From contig NC_091977.1 of the NCBI RefSeq assembly GCF_044704955.1, forward strand, positions 12,524,001 through 12,588,000: a DNA stretch of 64,000 bases. Reading direction: 5' to 3'. The notes below the pieces were generated by a model, which did no database searches, had not been told where the DNA came from, and saw only the letters and a program-made list of their open reading frames with translations. The translations under genes and the position numbers were made by a program. This document shows positions 38,775-49,569 of the stretch, piece by piece. The DNA is from Pristiophorus japonicus. Lineage: Eukaryota. Position 1 is the stretch's first letter, and each line of letters starts with the position of its first letter.

Positions 38775-39300
38775 AGGACCTCGATGGGGAGGCGGTCACA
38801 CAAAGGGTGATGATCATGCACTCCAACATGAGAGGTGCAATGGGAAGGATGCCCGAGAGCCTGTCGGTAGCAGTAAGGAGCATGGAGGAGTCCACTTTCC
38901 ACATTGTACAGACCTCTGTGCACACCATGGAGCTCATCATTGCCAGTGTGCAGACAACGGTAGACTCCCAGAGACCGTACAGATCCAGACCTCATGACGC
39001 GTGTCATGGGCGATGTGGCAGCTTCCATTGCAGAACAGGCGGAAACAACGCAACGTCTTGGTGCTGCATAGAGTCGATGGTTGCTTGCATGGTAGCTTAG
39101 ACTGCTCTCGTGCAGTCTCAACTTGATGCCACACAATGTCTTGGTGCTGTCTTTCAGTCTCAGCTGCATGTCTCGCAAGCTCTGACTGCTGCCATCGTCA
39201 CTGGGTCCACCAGTCAACCGGGGATCTCAGTGTCACAGCAGCCCAGCAATCTGTCCTGCAGCAGGTTGGTGGGGATGCTGAGGTGCTGGCCCGGGCGATT
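38775..39300 (+). pseudogene. Decayed coding fragment (coiled-coil-like), possibly from the Myb/SANT accessory ORF of a Harbinger-type transposon
   Basis: GC-richer segment reading DLDGEAVTQRVMIMHSNMRGAMGRMPESLSVAVRSMEES... with frameshifts. The family assignment is from recollection only. Confidence 0.3.
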
Positions 39301-42300
39301 GAACATAATAAGAACATAAGAACATAAGAATTAGGAACAGGAGTAGGCCATCTAGCCCCTCGAGCCTACTCCGCCATTCAACAAGATCATGGCTGATCTG
39401 GCCGTGGACTCAGCTCCACTTACCCGCCCGCTCCCCATAACCCTTAATTCCCTTATTGGTTAAAAATCTATCTATCTGTGACTTGAATACATTCAATGAG
39501 CTAGCCTCAACTGCTTCCTTGGGCAGAGAATTCCACAGATTCACAATCCTCTGGGAGAAGAAATTCCTTCTCAACTCGGTTTTAAATTGGCTCCCCCATA
39601 TTTTGAGGCTATGCCCCCTAGTTCTAGTCTCCCCGACCAGTGGAAACAACTTCTCTGCCTCTATCTTGTCTATCCCTTTCATTATTTAAAATGTTTCTAT
39701 AAGATCACCTCTCATCCTTCTGAACTCCGAGTAAAGACCCAGTCTACTCAATCTATCATCATAAAGTAACCTCTCATCTCCGGAATCAGCCTAGTGAATC
39801 GTCTCTGTACCCGCTCCAAAGCCAGTATATCTTTCCTTAAGTAAGGTGACCAAAACTGCACGCAGTACTCCAGGTGCGGCCTCACCAATACCCTGTACAG
39901 TTGCAGCAGGACCTCCCTGCTTTTGTACTCCATCCCTCTCGCAATGAAGGCCAACATTCCATTCGCCTTCCTGATTACCTGCTGCACCTGCAAACTAACT
40001 TTTTGGGATTCACGCACAAGGACCCCCAGGTCCCTCTGCACCGCAGCATGTTGTAATTTCTCCCCATTCAAATAATATTCCCTTTTACTGTTTTTTTTCC
40101 CAAGGTGGATGACCTCACATTTTCTGACATTGTATTCCATCTGCCAAACCTTAGCCCATTCGCTTAACCGATCTAAATCTCTTTGCAGCCTCTCTGTGTC
40201 CTCTACACAACCCGCTTTCCCACTAATCTTAGTGTCATCTGCAAATTTTATTACACTACACTCCATCCCCTCTTCCAGGTCATCTATATATATTGTAAAC
40301 AGTTGTGGTCCCAGCACCGATCCCTGTGGCACACCACTAACCACCGATTTCCAACCCGAAAAGGGCCCATTTACCCCAACTCTCTGCTTTCTGTTTGCCA
40401 GCCAATTCTCTATCCATGCTAATACATTTCCTCTGACTCCGCGTACCTTTATCTTCTGCAGTAACCCTTGTAGCACCTTATCGAATGCCTTTTGAAAATC
40501 TAAATACACCACATCCATCGGTACACCTCTATCCACCATGCTCATTATATCCTCAAAGAATTCCAGTAAATTAGTTAAACATGATTTCCCCTTCATGAAT
40601 CCATGTTGCGTCTGCTTGATTGCACTATTCCTATCTAGATGTCCCGCTATTTCTTCCTTAATGATAGCTTCAAGCATTTTCCCCACTACAGATGTTAAAC
40701 TAACCGGCCTATAGTTACCTGCCTTTTGTCTGCCACCTTTTTTAAACAGAGGCATTACATTAGCTGCTTTCCAATCCGCTGGTACCTCCCCAGAGTCCAG
40801 AGAATTTTGGTAGATTATAACGAATGCATCTGCTATAACTTCCGCCATCTCTTTTAATACCCTGGGATGCATTTCATCAGGACCAGGGGACTTGTCTACC
40901 TTGAGTCCCATTAGCCTGTCCAGCACTAAACCCCCTATTGATAGTGATTGTCTCAAGGTCCCCCCTTCCCACATTCCCGTGACCAGCAATTTTTGGCATG
41001 GTTTTTGTGTCTTCCACTTTGAAGACCGAAGCAAAATAATTGTTTCAGGTCTCAGTCATTTCCACATTTCCCATTATTAAATCCCCCTTCTCATCTTCTA
41101 AGGGACCAACATTTACTTTAGTCACTCTTTTCCGTTTTATATATCGGTAAAAGCTTTTACTATCTGTTTTTATGTTTTGCGCAATTTTACTTTCGTAATC
41201 TATCTTTTATTTCTTTATCACTTTCTTAGTCATTCTTTGCTGTCGTTTAAAATTTTCACAATCTTCTAGTTTCCCACTAACCTTGGCCACCTTATACGCA
41301 TTGGTTTTTAATTTGACACTCTCCTTTATTTCCTTAGTTATCCACGGCTGGTTATCCCTTCTCTTACCGCCCTTCTTTTTCACTGGAATATATTTTTGTT
41401 GCGCACTATGAAAGAGCTCCTTAAAAGTCCTCCACTGTTCCTCAATTGTGCCACCGTTTAGTCTGTGTTCCCAGTCTACTTTAGCCAACTCTGCCCTCAT
41501 CCCACTGTAGTCCCCTTTGTTTAAGCATAGTACGCTCGTTTGAGACACTACTTTCTCACCCTCAATCTGAATTACAAATTCAACCATACTGTGATCACTC
41601 ATTCCAAGAGGATTTTTTACTAGGAGATTGTTTATTGTTCCTGTCTCATTGCACAGGACCAGATCTAAGATAGCTTGTCCCCTTGTAGGTTCTGTAACAT
41701 ACCGTTCTAAGAAACAATCCCGTATGCATTCTATGAATTCCTCCTCAAGGCTACCCTGTGCGATTTGATTTGTACAATCAATATGTAAGTTAAAATTCCC
41801 CATGATTACTGCCGTTCCTTTTACACATGCCTCCATTATTCCCTTGATTTTTTATTGCCCGTCCCACTGTGAAGTTATTATTTGGGGGCCTATAAACTAC
41901 GCCCACCAGTGACTTTTTTCCCTTACTATCTCTAATCTCCACCCACAATGATTCAACATTTTGTTAATTGGGGCCAATATCATCTCTCACAACTGCCCTG
42001 ATATCATCCTTTATTAACAGAGCTACCCCACCTCCTTTCCCTTCTTGTCTATCTTTCCGAATTGTCAGATACCCCTGTATGTTTAATTCCCAGTCTTGGC
42101 CACCCTGCAACCACGTTTCTGTAATGGTCACCAAATCATACCCATTTGTAATGATTTGTGCCGTCAACTCATTTACTTTATTTCGAATGCTGCGTGCGTT
42201 AAGGTAGAGTGTTTTAATACTAGTTTTTAAACCATGATTTTTAGTTTTGACCCCTCCTGCAGCCCCTTTATATTCATACATATTGTCCCTTCCTATCACC

Positions 42301-45010
42301 TTGTGCTTTACACTTACCCCAGTGCTACTCTGCTCTGTTGCCTCCTGCCTTTTGCAGTCTTTCTTGAGGTCCTGTTCATCTGAGCTCTCACCCATTTTAA
42401 CTAGCTCAGAGCCCTCTCCTGGGTTCCGAATACTCCTCACATTGAGGCACAGAGCTTTCAGGCTTGCCTTTTTATTACACTTTGACCCTTTAGAATTTTG
42501 CTGTACAGTGGCCCTTTTTGTTTTTTGCCTCAGGTTTCTCTGCCCTCCACTTTTACTCATCTCCTTTCTGTCTTTTGCTTCTGTCTCCATTTTGTTTCCC
42601 TCTGTCTCCCTGCATTGGTTCCCATCCCCCTGCCATATTAGTTTAACTCCTCCCCAACAGCACTAGCAAACACTCCCCCGAGGACATTGGTTCCGGTCCT
42701 GCCCAGGTGCAGACCATCCGGTTTGTACTGGTCCCACCTCCCCCAGAACCGGTTCCAATGCCCCAGGAATTTGAATCCCTCCCTGCTGCACCACTGCTCA
42801 AGCCACGTATTCACCTGAGCTATCCTGCGATTCCTACTCTGACTAGCACGTGGCACTGGTAGCAATCCCGACATTACTACTTTTGAGGTCCTATGTTTTA
42901 ATTTAGCTCCTAGCTCCTTAAATTCGTCTCGTAGGTCCTTATCCCTTTTTTTAACCTATATCGCTGGTACCAATGTGCACCACGACAACTGGCTGTTCAC
43001 CCTCCCTTTTCAGAATGTCCTGCACCCGCTCCGAGACATCCTTGACGTTTGCACCAGTGAGGCAACATACCATCCTGGAGTCTCGGTTGTGGCCGCAGAA
43101 ATGCCTATCTATTCCCCTTACAATTGACTCCTCTATCACTATCGCTCTCCCACTCTTTTTCCTGCCCTCCTGTGCAGCAGAGCCAGCCACAGTGCCATGA
43201 ACTTGGCTGCTGTTGCCCTCCCCTGATGAGTCATCCCCCTCAACAGTACTCAAAGCGGTGTATCTGTTTTGCAGGGGGATGACCGCAGGAGACCCCTGCA
43301 CTACCTTCCTTGCACTGCTCTTCCTGCTGGTCTTCCATTCCCTATCTGGCTGTGGACCCTTCTCCTGCGGTAAGACCAACTCGCTACACGTGCTACTCAC
43401 GTCATTCTCAGCATCGTGGATGCTCCAGAGTGAATCCACCCTCAGCTCCAATTCCACAACGCGGTCCGTCAGGAGCTGGAGGCGGATACACTTCCTGCAC
43501 ACGTAGTCGTCAGGGACACCGGAAGTGTCCCTGAGTTCCCACATGGTTCAGGAGGAGCATATCATGTGACCGAGCTCTCCTGCCATGACTTAACCCTTAG
43601 ATACACTTAAATTGGCAACAACAATGCTTAAGTTTACTCACTGTTATAGAAAAGAAAAAAGAAAAACTACTCACCAATCACCAGCCAATCACTTACCCCC
43701 TTGGTTGTGACATCACCTTTCTATTTCTTTCAACTTCTTTTTTGCCTTCCCCCTGTAGCTGCACAAGCCACGCCTCTCGCTGAACTCGCGCTGCTCCTGG
43801 TCTCACTGGCCTTTTGTAGGCCCCTCCGATTCCCGGAACTCCCGCCTCTCGCTGAACTCGCGCTGCTCCTGGTCTCACTGGCCTTTTGTAGGCCCCTCCG
43901 ATCCCCGGAACTCCCGCCTCTCGCTGAACTCGCGCTGCTCCTGGTCTCACTGGCCTTTTGTAGGCCCTTCCGATCCCCGGAACTCCCGCCTCTCGCTGAA
44001 CTCGCGCTGCTCCCGGTCTCACTGGCCTTTTGTAGGCCCTTCCGATCCCCGGAACTCCCGCCTCTCGCTGAACTCGCGATGCTCCTGGTCTTACTGGCCT
44101 TTTGTAGGCCCCTCCGATCCCCGGAACTCCCACCTCTCGCTGAACTCGCGCTGCTCCCGGTCTCACTGGCCTTTTGTAGGCCCCTCCGATCCCCGGAATT
44201 CCCAGCTCTCGCTGAACTCGCGCTGCTCCTGGTCTCGCTGGCCTTTTGTAGGCCCCTCCGATCCCCAGAACTCCCGCCTCTCGCCGAACTCGCGCTGCTC
44301 CTGGTCTCGCTGGCCTTTTGTAGGCCCCTCCGATCCCCGGAACTCCCGCCTCTCGCTGAACTCGCGCTGCTCCCGGTCTCACTGGCCTTTTGTAGGCCTC
44401 TCCGATCCCCAGAACTCCCACCTCTCGCCGAACTCGCGCTGCTCCCGGTCTCACTGGCCTTTTGTAGGCCTCTCCGATCCCCGGAACTCCCACCTCTCGC
44501 CGAACTCGCGCTGCTCCTGGTCTCGCTGGCCTTTTGTAGGCCTCTCCGATCCCCAGAACTCCCGCCTCTCGCTGGACTCGTGCTGCTCCCAGTCTCTCTG
44601 GCCTTTTGTAGGCCCCTCCGATCCCCGGAACTCCCGCCTCTCGCCGAACTCGCGCTGCTCCCGGTCTCGCTGGCCTTTTGTAGGCCCCTCCAATCCCCGG
44701 AACTCCCGCCTCTCGCCGGACTCGTGCTGCTCCTGGTCTCGCTGGCCTTTTGTAGGCCTCTCCGATCCCCGGAACTCCCGCCTCTCGCCGGACTCGTGCT
44801 GCTCCTGGTCTTCATGGCCTTTTGTAGGCCTCTCCGATCCCCGGAACTCCCGCCTCTCGCCGAACTCGCACTGCTCCTGGTCTTCATGGCCTTTTGTAGG
44901 CCTCTCCGATCCCCGGAACTCCCGCCTCTCGCCGAACTCGCACTGCTCCTGGTCTTCATGGCCTTTTGTAGGTCTCTCCGATCCCCGGAACTCCCGCCTC
45001 TCGCCGACTC
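39301..45010 (-). mobile_element. Full-length CR1 LINE (5' monomer array, ORF1 zinc finger plus SGNH esterase, ORF2 EN-RT) with disabling mutations
   Basis: ORF1 YVCRKC, VVVHIGTSD, DGLHL (42638-43560); ORF2 ITETW and KFADDTK; (ATAAGAAC)n tail at 39301-39330. Confidence 0.93.
43771..45008 (-). repeat. About 17 tandem 72-bp CpG-rich monomers forming the CR1 5' end
   Basis: Period 72 (43771, 43843, ...). The minus-strand unit contains GGGGCCTACAAAAGGCC. Confidence 0.95.
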
Positions 45011-45405
45011 CTTGTATTTATACAGTACCTTTCATGACCTCAGGACGTCCCAAAGTGCTTTAGAGCCAATGAAGTATTTTTGAAGTAAAAACATAAAATG
45101 CTGGAAATCTCAGCGGGTCAGGCAGCGACTGTGGAGAGAAACAGAGTTAACGTTTCAGGTCGATGACCCTTCGATTCTGGTTCTGTTTTTATTTCAGATT
45201 CCAGCATCCGCAGTATTTTGCTTCAGTACTTTTGAAGTGTAGTTACTATTGTAATGTAGGAAACAAGGCAGCCAATTTGCACACAGCATGATCCTACAAA
45301 CAGCAATGAGATCATTCCTTTTAGTGAAATTGGTTGAGGGATAAATATTGGCCAGGGCACCAGGGAGAATTCCCCTGCTCTTCTTCGAAACAGTTCCGTG
45401 GATTT
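45011..45405 (-). mobile_element. Deu-SINE (minus) interrupted by a short Penelope/MER6-like element at about 45087-45223
   Basis: SINE core in reverse. The insert AAAATGCTGGAAATCTCAGC...CCAGCATCCGCAGTATTTTGCTT is flanked by AGTA(T/C)TTTTGAAGT duplicates; a similar piece lies at 46825-46915. Confidence 0.6.
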
Positions 45406-45558
45406 GATTTTCTATGCAGTGGCAGTGAATGAACCATTATTTACCAAACTATGATTTTTTGCTTGGATAGGGATGGGTTCGCCTGGAATCGGCTTTTATA
45501 TAACTCCTCAGTGCGAAAATCAGAACAAATTGAACAACCAAGTAGGTGCAGAACCACA

Positions 45559-45657
45559 TTTATTACAAAAGTTATCACTATCATCAATTACAAACAATAA
45601 GATCATTTAGCAATATATTTTATGTTAAAACAATTGATAACAAAAGCAAGTAATAGC
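45559..45657 (-). CDS. Candidate terminal exon of the minus-strand Siglec-15-like gene (GYYLLLLSIVLT-stop plus polyA signal)
   Basis: Acceptor tttttctgttacaatag|GC; the phase-1 frame stops at 45620. AATAAA at 45564-45559 is followed by GT/T-rich sequence. Confidence 0.35.
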
Positions 45658-46249
45658 CTATTGTAACAGAAAAATTATTCAATCTGTTCCTGAGCACTTG
45701 GACAAACATGAGCTGATCAGAGAGAGCCAGCATAGATTTGAAATGGTCGTTACAGGTCATTGCATTCCTTGCATTTCTTGAAGGGGACAATTTTGCAGGC
45801 TATGGAGAAATGGCAGGGAAGTGGGACTAATTGGATACCTCCTGCAGAGAGCCAGCACAGGCACGATGGGCCAAATGGCCTCCTTCTCTGCTGACAGGAT
45901 TGGACAGGTTAGATGCAGGAAGAATGTTCCTGATGTTGGGGTCCCAGTCTAAGGATAAGGGGTAAGCCATTTCGGACCAAGATGAGGAGAAACAACTTCT
46001 CTCAGAGAATTGTGAACCTGTGGAATTCTCTACCACAGAAAGTTGTTGAGGCCAGTCGTCAGATATATTCAAAAGGGAGTTCGATGTGGCCCTTATGACC
46101 AAAGGGATTAAGGGGGTATGGAGAGAAAGCAGGAATGGGGTACTGAAGTTGCATGATCAGCCATGATCATATTGAATGGTGGTGCAGGCTCGAAGGGCCG
46201 AATGGCCTACTCCTGCAGCTATTTTCTATGTTTCTATGTTTCTATGTTT

Positions 46250-46505
46250 GCCCTACCATTGGCGGCTGTGCCTTCAGTTGTGTGGGCCCCAAGCTCTAGA
46301 ATTGTCCCCCTAAACCTCTCCCCCTCTCCACTGCTCTCTCCTCCTTCAAGACGCTCCTTAAAACCTACCTCTTTGATCAAGCTTTTGGTCACCTGTGCTA
46401 ATATCTTCTTATGTAGCAAACCTTTGTCTTATAATACTCCTGTGAAGTGCTTTGGGATATTTTGCTACATTGAAAAGGCGCTATACAAATGCAAGTTGTT
46501 GTTTT
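46250..46505 (+). mobile_element. L2-type LINE 3' end
   Basis: TAAAACCTACCTCTTTGATCAAGC...GGCGCTATACAAATGCAAGTTGTTGTT tail. Confidence 0.6.
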
Positions 46506-46957
46506 ATGGCTCAGCTATTCATTGATTGCTGTTCGAAGGTTCTGTGGACATTTTTGCTAGTAAAACAGATGTTTGCTTACCAAATACTTATAGATATATC
46601 TCATCTTGTGTCACAAAGATCTCCGCTTGCTTTTAGAATTTCCTTTTTAATTTCACCCTTATTTCAACGACATAAGCAACACAAGGATCTAATGAATATT
46701 CATGAGCTGCAAGCTCGTAGGTTGTGGCCTTGAGGAATTAAGAAAACACTCTCCTTAACCCAATTTCAGTTTTAGACGCCTGTTCCACTCTGCCTCAGAC
46801 TGGGGTTTAGAAGTTTAGAAGTGAAATGAAAACAGAAAATGCATTTAGCTGGTCAGGGAGCATCTGCAGAGAGTGAAACAGAGTTAATATTTCAGGTCCA
46901 TGACCTTTCATCAGCACGCAGTTTGGAATTGAAGTTCAGTTACAGGCAAGTCCTTAC

Positions 46958-47343
46958 CTATTACCTGTAGACATGTTCCAGTTCTATGTTCAAACTCCTG
47001 TCCGGGCAAGTCAACTCCACACGGCAGAAGTATTGATTCGTATCATTTTTCACAAGTTTTTGTATCATTATCAACACATCATTTTTCCTTAGGTCTCCTG
47101 TCAGTCGATAGCGATTCTCTCCAGTTGGATTAGTCACATTCTGACTTATGCAGTTCTGGTGTTGGTCGACAGTTATACATTTAAAAATAGGCGGTCCAAA
47201 ACAATGCTTCTTTATCTTCCAGATGACTGTGATTCTCCCTCTATAGTCAATGTTGGGATGTGTCAACTTGCAAGACAAGATGACAGACTTTCCTTCCCAA
47301 CCGGTTACTTTCTGTGGACTTGACATTGACCATTCACTGCTGC
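46958..47343 (-). pseudogene. Siglec-15-like Ig V-set exon with a 1-nt frameshift near the G strand
   Basis: WSM..P..V..G..LSC.LTHP..Y.G.ITVIW..GP.IFKC..C..RYRL.G..RKND..D..YFCRVE follows the SIGLEC15 V-domain pattern. Branch point ctaac with acceptor cccacag|; donor ATAG|gtaagg. The exon is 386 nt (not 3n), and the G strand EFEHRTGTCLQVI is in another frame. Confidence 0.88.
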
Positions 47344-47584
47344 CTGTGGGACAGGGGCAGTATGTTAGTCTTGTACACAAAGCTCTTGTGATGCAACGGT
47401 TGAAGAAGGTTCAGCGCCACCATCTCAAGGGCAACTAGGGATCAGCAATAAAATGCCATCCTTGCCAGCGACGACCACATCGCGAGAATGAATATACAAT
47501 TACAATACAGCAAATACAGAGCCACAGATATCACAATAAAACTGCAAGACCTGACAGTGTAAATTGAAGACACTTACCTTTATG

Positions 47585-49305
47585 GTTGATCTTCTACCTC
47601 AACTCCATGTGCTTGCACTATTCCCATATCCCTTGCCTCCCTTAATATCTAAAAATCTATTGATCTCTATCTTGAATATACTTGACGACTGAGCTTCCAC
47701 AGCCCTCTGGGGTAGAGAATTCCAAAGATGCACCACCCTCTGAGTGAAGAAATTTCTCCTCATCTCAGTCCTAAATGGCCGACTCCTTATTCTGAGACTG
47801 TGGCCCCATGTTCTAGATTCCCCAGCCAGGGGCAACATCGGCTCTGCATCTACCCTGTCAAGCCCTCCCTAAGAATTTTGTATGTTTCAATGAGATCACC
47901 TCTCATTCTTCTAAACTCTCGAGAATATAAATCTAGTCTACTCAATCTCTCCTCATAGGACAAACCCCCATCCCAGGAATCAGTCTGGTAAACCTTTGTT
48001 GCACTCCCATTGTGACATGTATATCCTTGCTCAGGTAAGGAGACAGAAACTACACAGTAGTCCAGGTGCGGTCTCACCAGAGCCCTATATAATTGCAGTA
48101 AGACGTCTTTACTCTTATACCTGTACTAAAATCCTCTTGTAATAAAGATCCATTTGCTTTCCTAAATGCTTGCTGTACCTGCATGTTAACTTTTAGTGAT
48201 TTGTGTACAAGGACATCCAGGTCCCTCTGAACACCAACATTTTCCAATCTCTCACCATTTAAAAATACTTTGCTTTTCTATTTTTCTTACCAAAGTGGAT
48301 AACTTCACATTTCTCCACATTATATTCCAGTTGCCTTGATCTTGCCCACTCACTTAGGCTGTCGATATCCCCTTGAAGCCTCTTTGCATGTCCCTCATTA
48401 CTTACATTCCCACCGAGTTTTGTATCATCAGCAAACTTGGATAGATTACATTTGGTCCCCTCATCCAAATCATTGATAGAGATTGTGAATAGCTGAGGCC
48501 CCAGCACTGAACCTTGCGGTACCCCACTAGTTACAGCCTGCCAACCCGAATGTTTATTCTTACTCCCTGTTTCCTGTCAGTTAACCAATCCGTAATCCAT
48601 GCTAGTATATTATCCCCAATCCCATGAGTCCTAATTTTGTTTAATAACCTCTTGCGTGAGGTGAATGCCTTCTGAAAATTCAAATACATCATATGCACTG
48701 ATACCCCTTCATCTATTCTGCTAGTTACAACCTCAAAAAACTCGAGCAGGGTTGTCAAACATGAATCCCCTTTCATAAATCCGTGTTGACTCTGTCTGAT
48801 CCTATTATTATTCTCTACATGCCCTCTTACTATGTCCTTAATAATAGGTTCTAACATTTTCCCTCCTACTGATGACAGGCTAACTGGTTTGTAGTTCTCT
48901 CCTTTCTTAAATAGTCGGGTTACATTAGCTACCTCCCAATCAGTGGGAACCATTCTAGAATCTATGGAATTTTGGAAGATGACAACCAATGTATTCACTA
49001 TCTCTATAGCCACCTCTTTTAAAACCATAGGATACAGGCCATCAGTTCCAGGGGATTTATCAGCTTTCAGTCCCATTAATTTCTCCAGTAACTTTTTTTA
49101 TTACCGGTAATAATAATTTCATTCAGTTCCTCATTCTCGCTGGACACTTGGTTCTCCACTATTTCTGGGAGACTGACACAAGGTATTCTCTGCCATTTCC
49201 TTATTCTCCATTATAATTTCTCTCGTCTCAGCCTGTAAGAGACCCATATTTACTTTTGCTAATCTTTTCCTTTTTAAATAACTATAAAAACTTTTACAGT
49301 CTGAT
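47585..49305 (-). mobile_element. CR1 LINE ORF2 fragment
   Basis: ORFs 47599..49076 carry CR1 RT motifs; the 3' tail is missing. Confidence 0.9.
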
Positions 49306-49309
49306 TTTA

Positions 49310-49569
49310 TGGGCTAGATTTTACACTTTTGTGCTTATCGCCCAGAAATGGGCGTTATTTCCAGCGTGGGCGATAAAAATGGGTTTTCAGATCGCCGGCT
49401 TCTCGCTCATTCACAAAGCACCTAGTCTCCACTTTTGAAATTGGACGTTACCGCGAGCGATATGAAATGGGCGGTAGCGTTAAATCTCGCTGACCTTCTG
49501 CCGTAAAGTGTCACCGTCCTTAGTAACGGCATGGCAACGCTCGATTCCCGCGATTCAGGAGGTCAAGGG
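49310..49569. mobile_element. CpG-rich DNA-transposon-like terminus (Harbinger/MITE-like), continuing at 52223-52310
   Basis: It begins GGGCTAGATTTTACAC, contains short internal inverted repeats (TTATCGCCCA/TGGGCGATAA), and is split by a Gypsy element. Confidence 0.4.

Noticed and set aside
43693-45083. 460, 409 and 266-aa ORFs with a 24-residue Leu-rich period (LRR-like)
   Set aside because: They are translations of the 72-bp CR1 monomer, open on both strands, and lack the LxxLxLxxN consensus.
46958-47343. Rearranging antigen-receptor V segment (IgNAR, TCR or IgH)
   Set aside because: No heptamer-nonamer RSS follows the F-strand Cys, the G strand is in the same exon, and the motifs match SIGLEC15.
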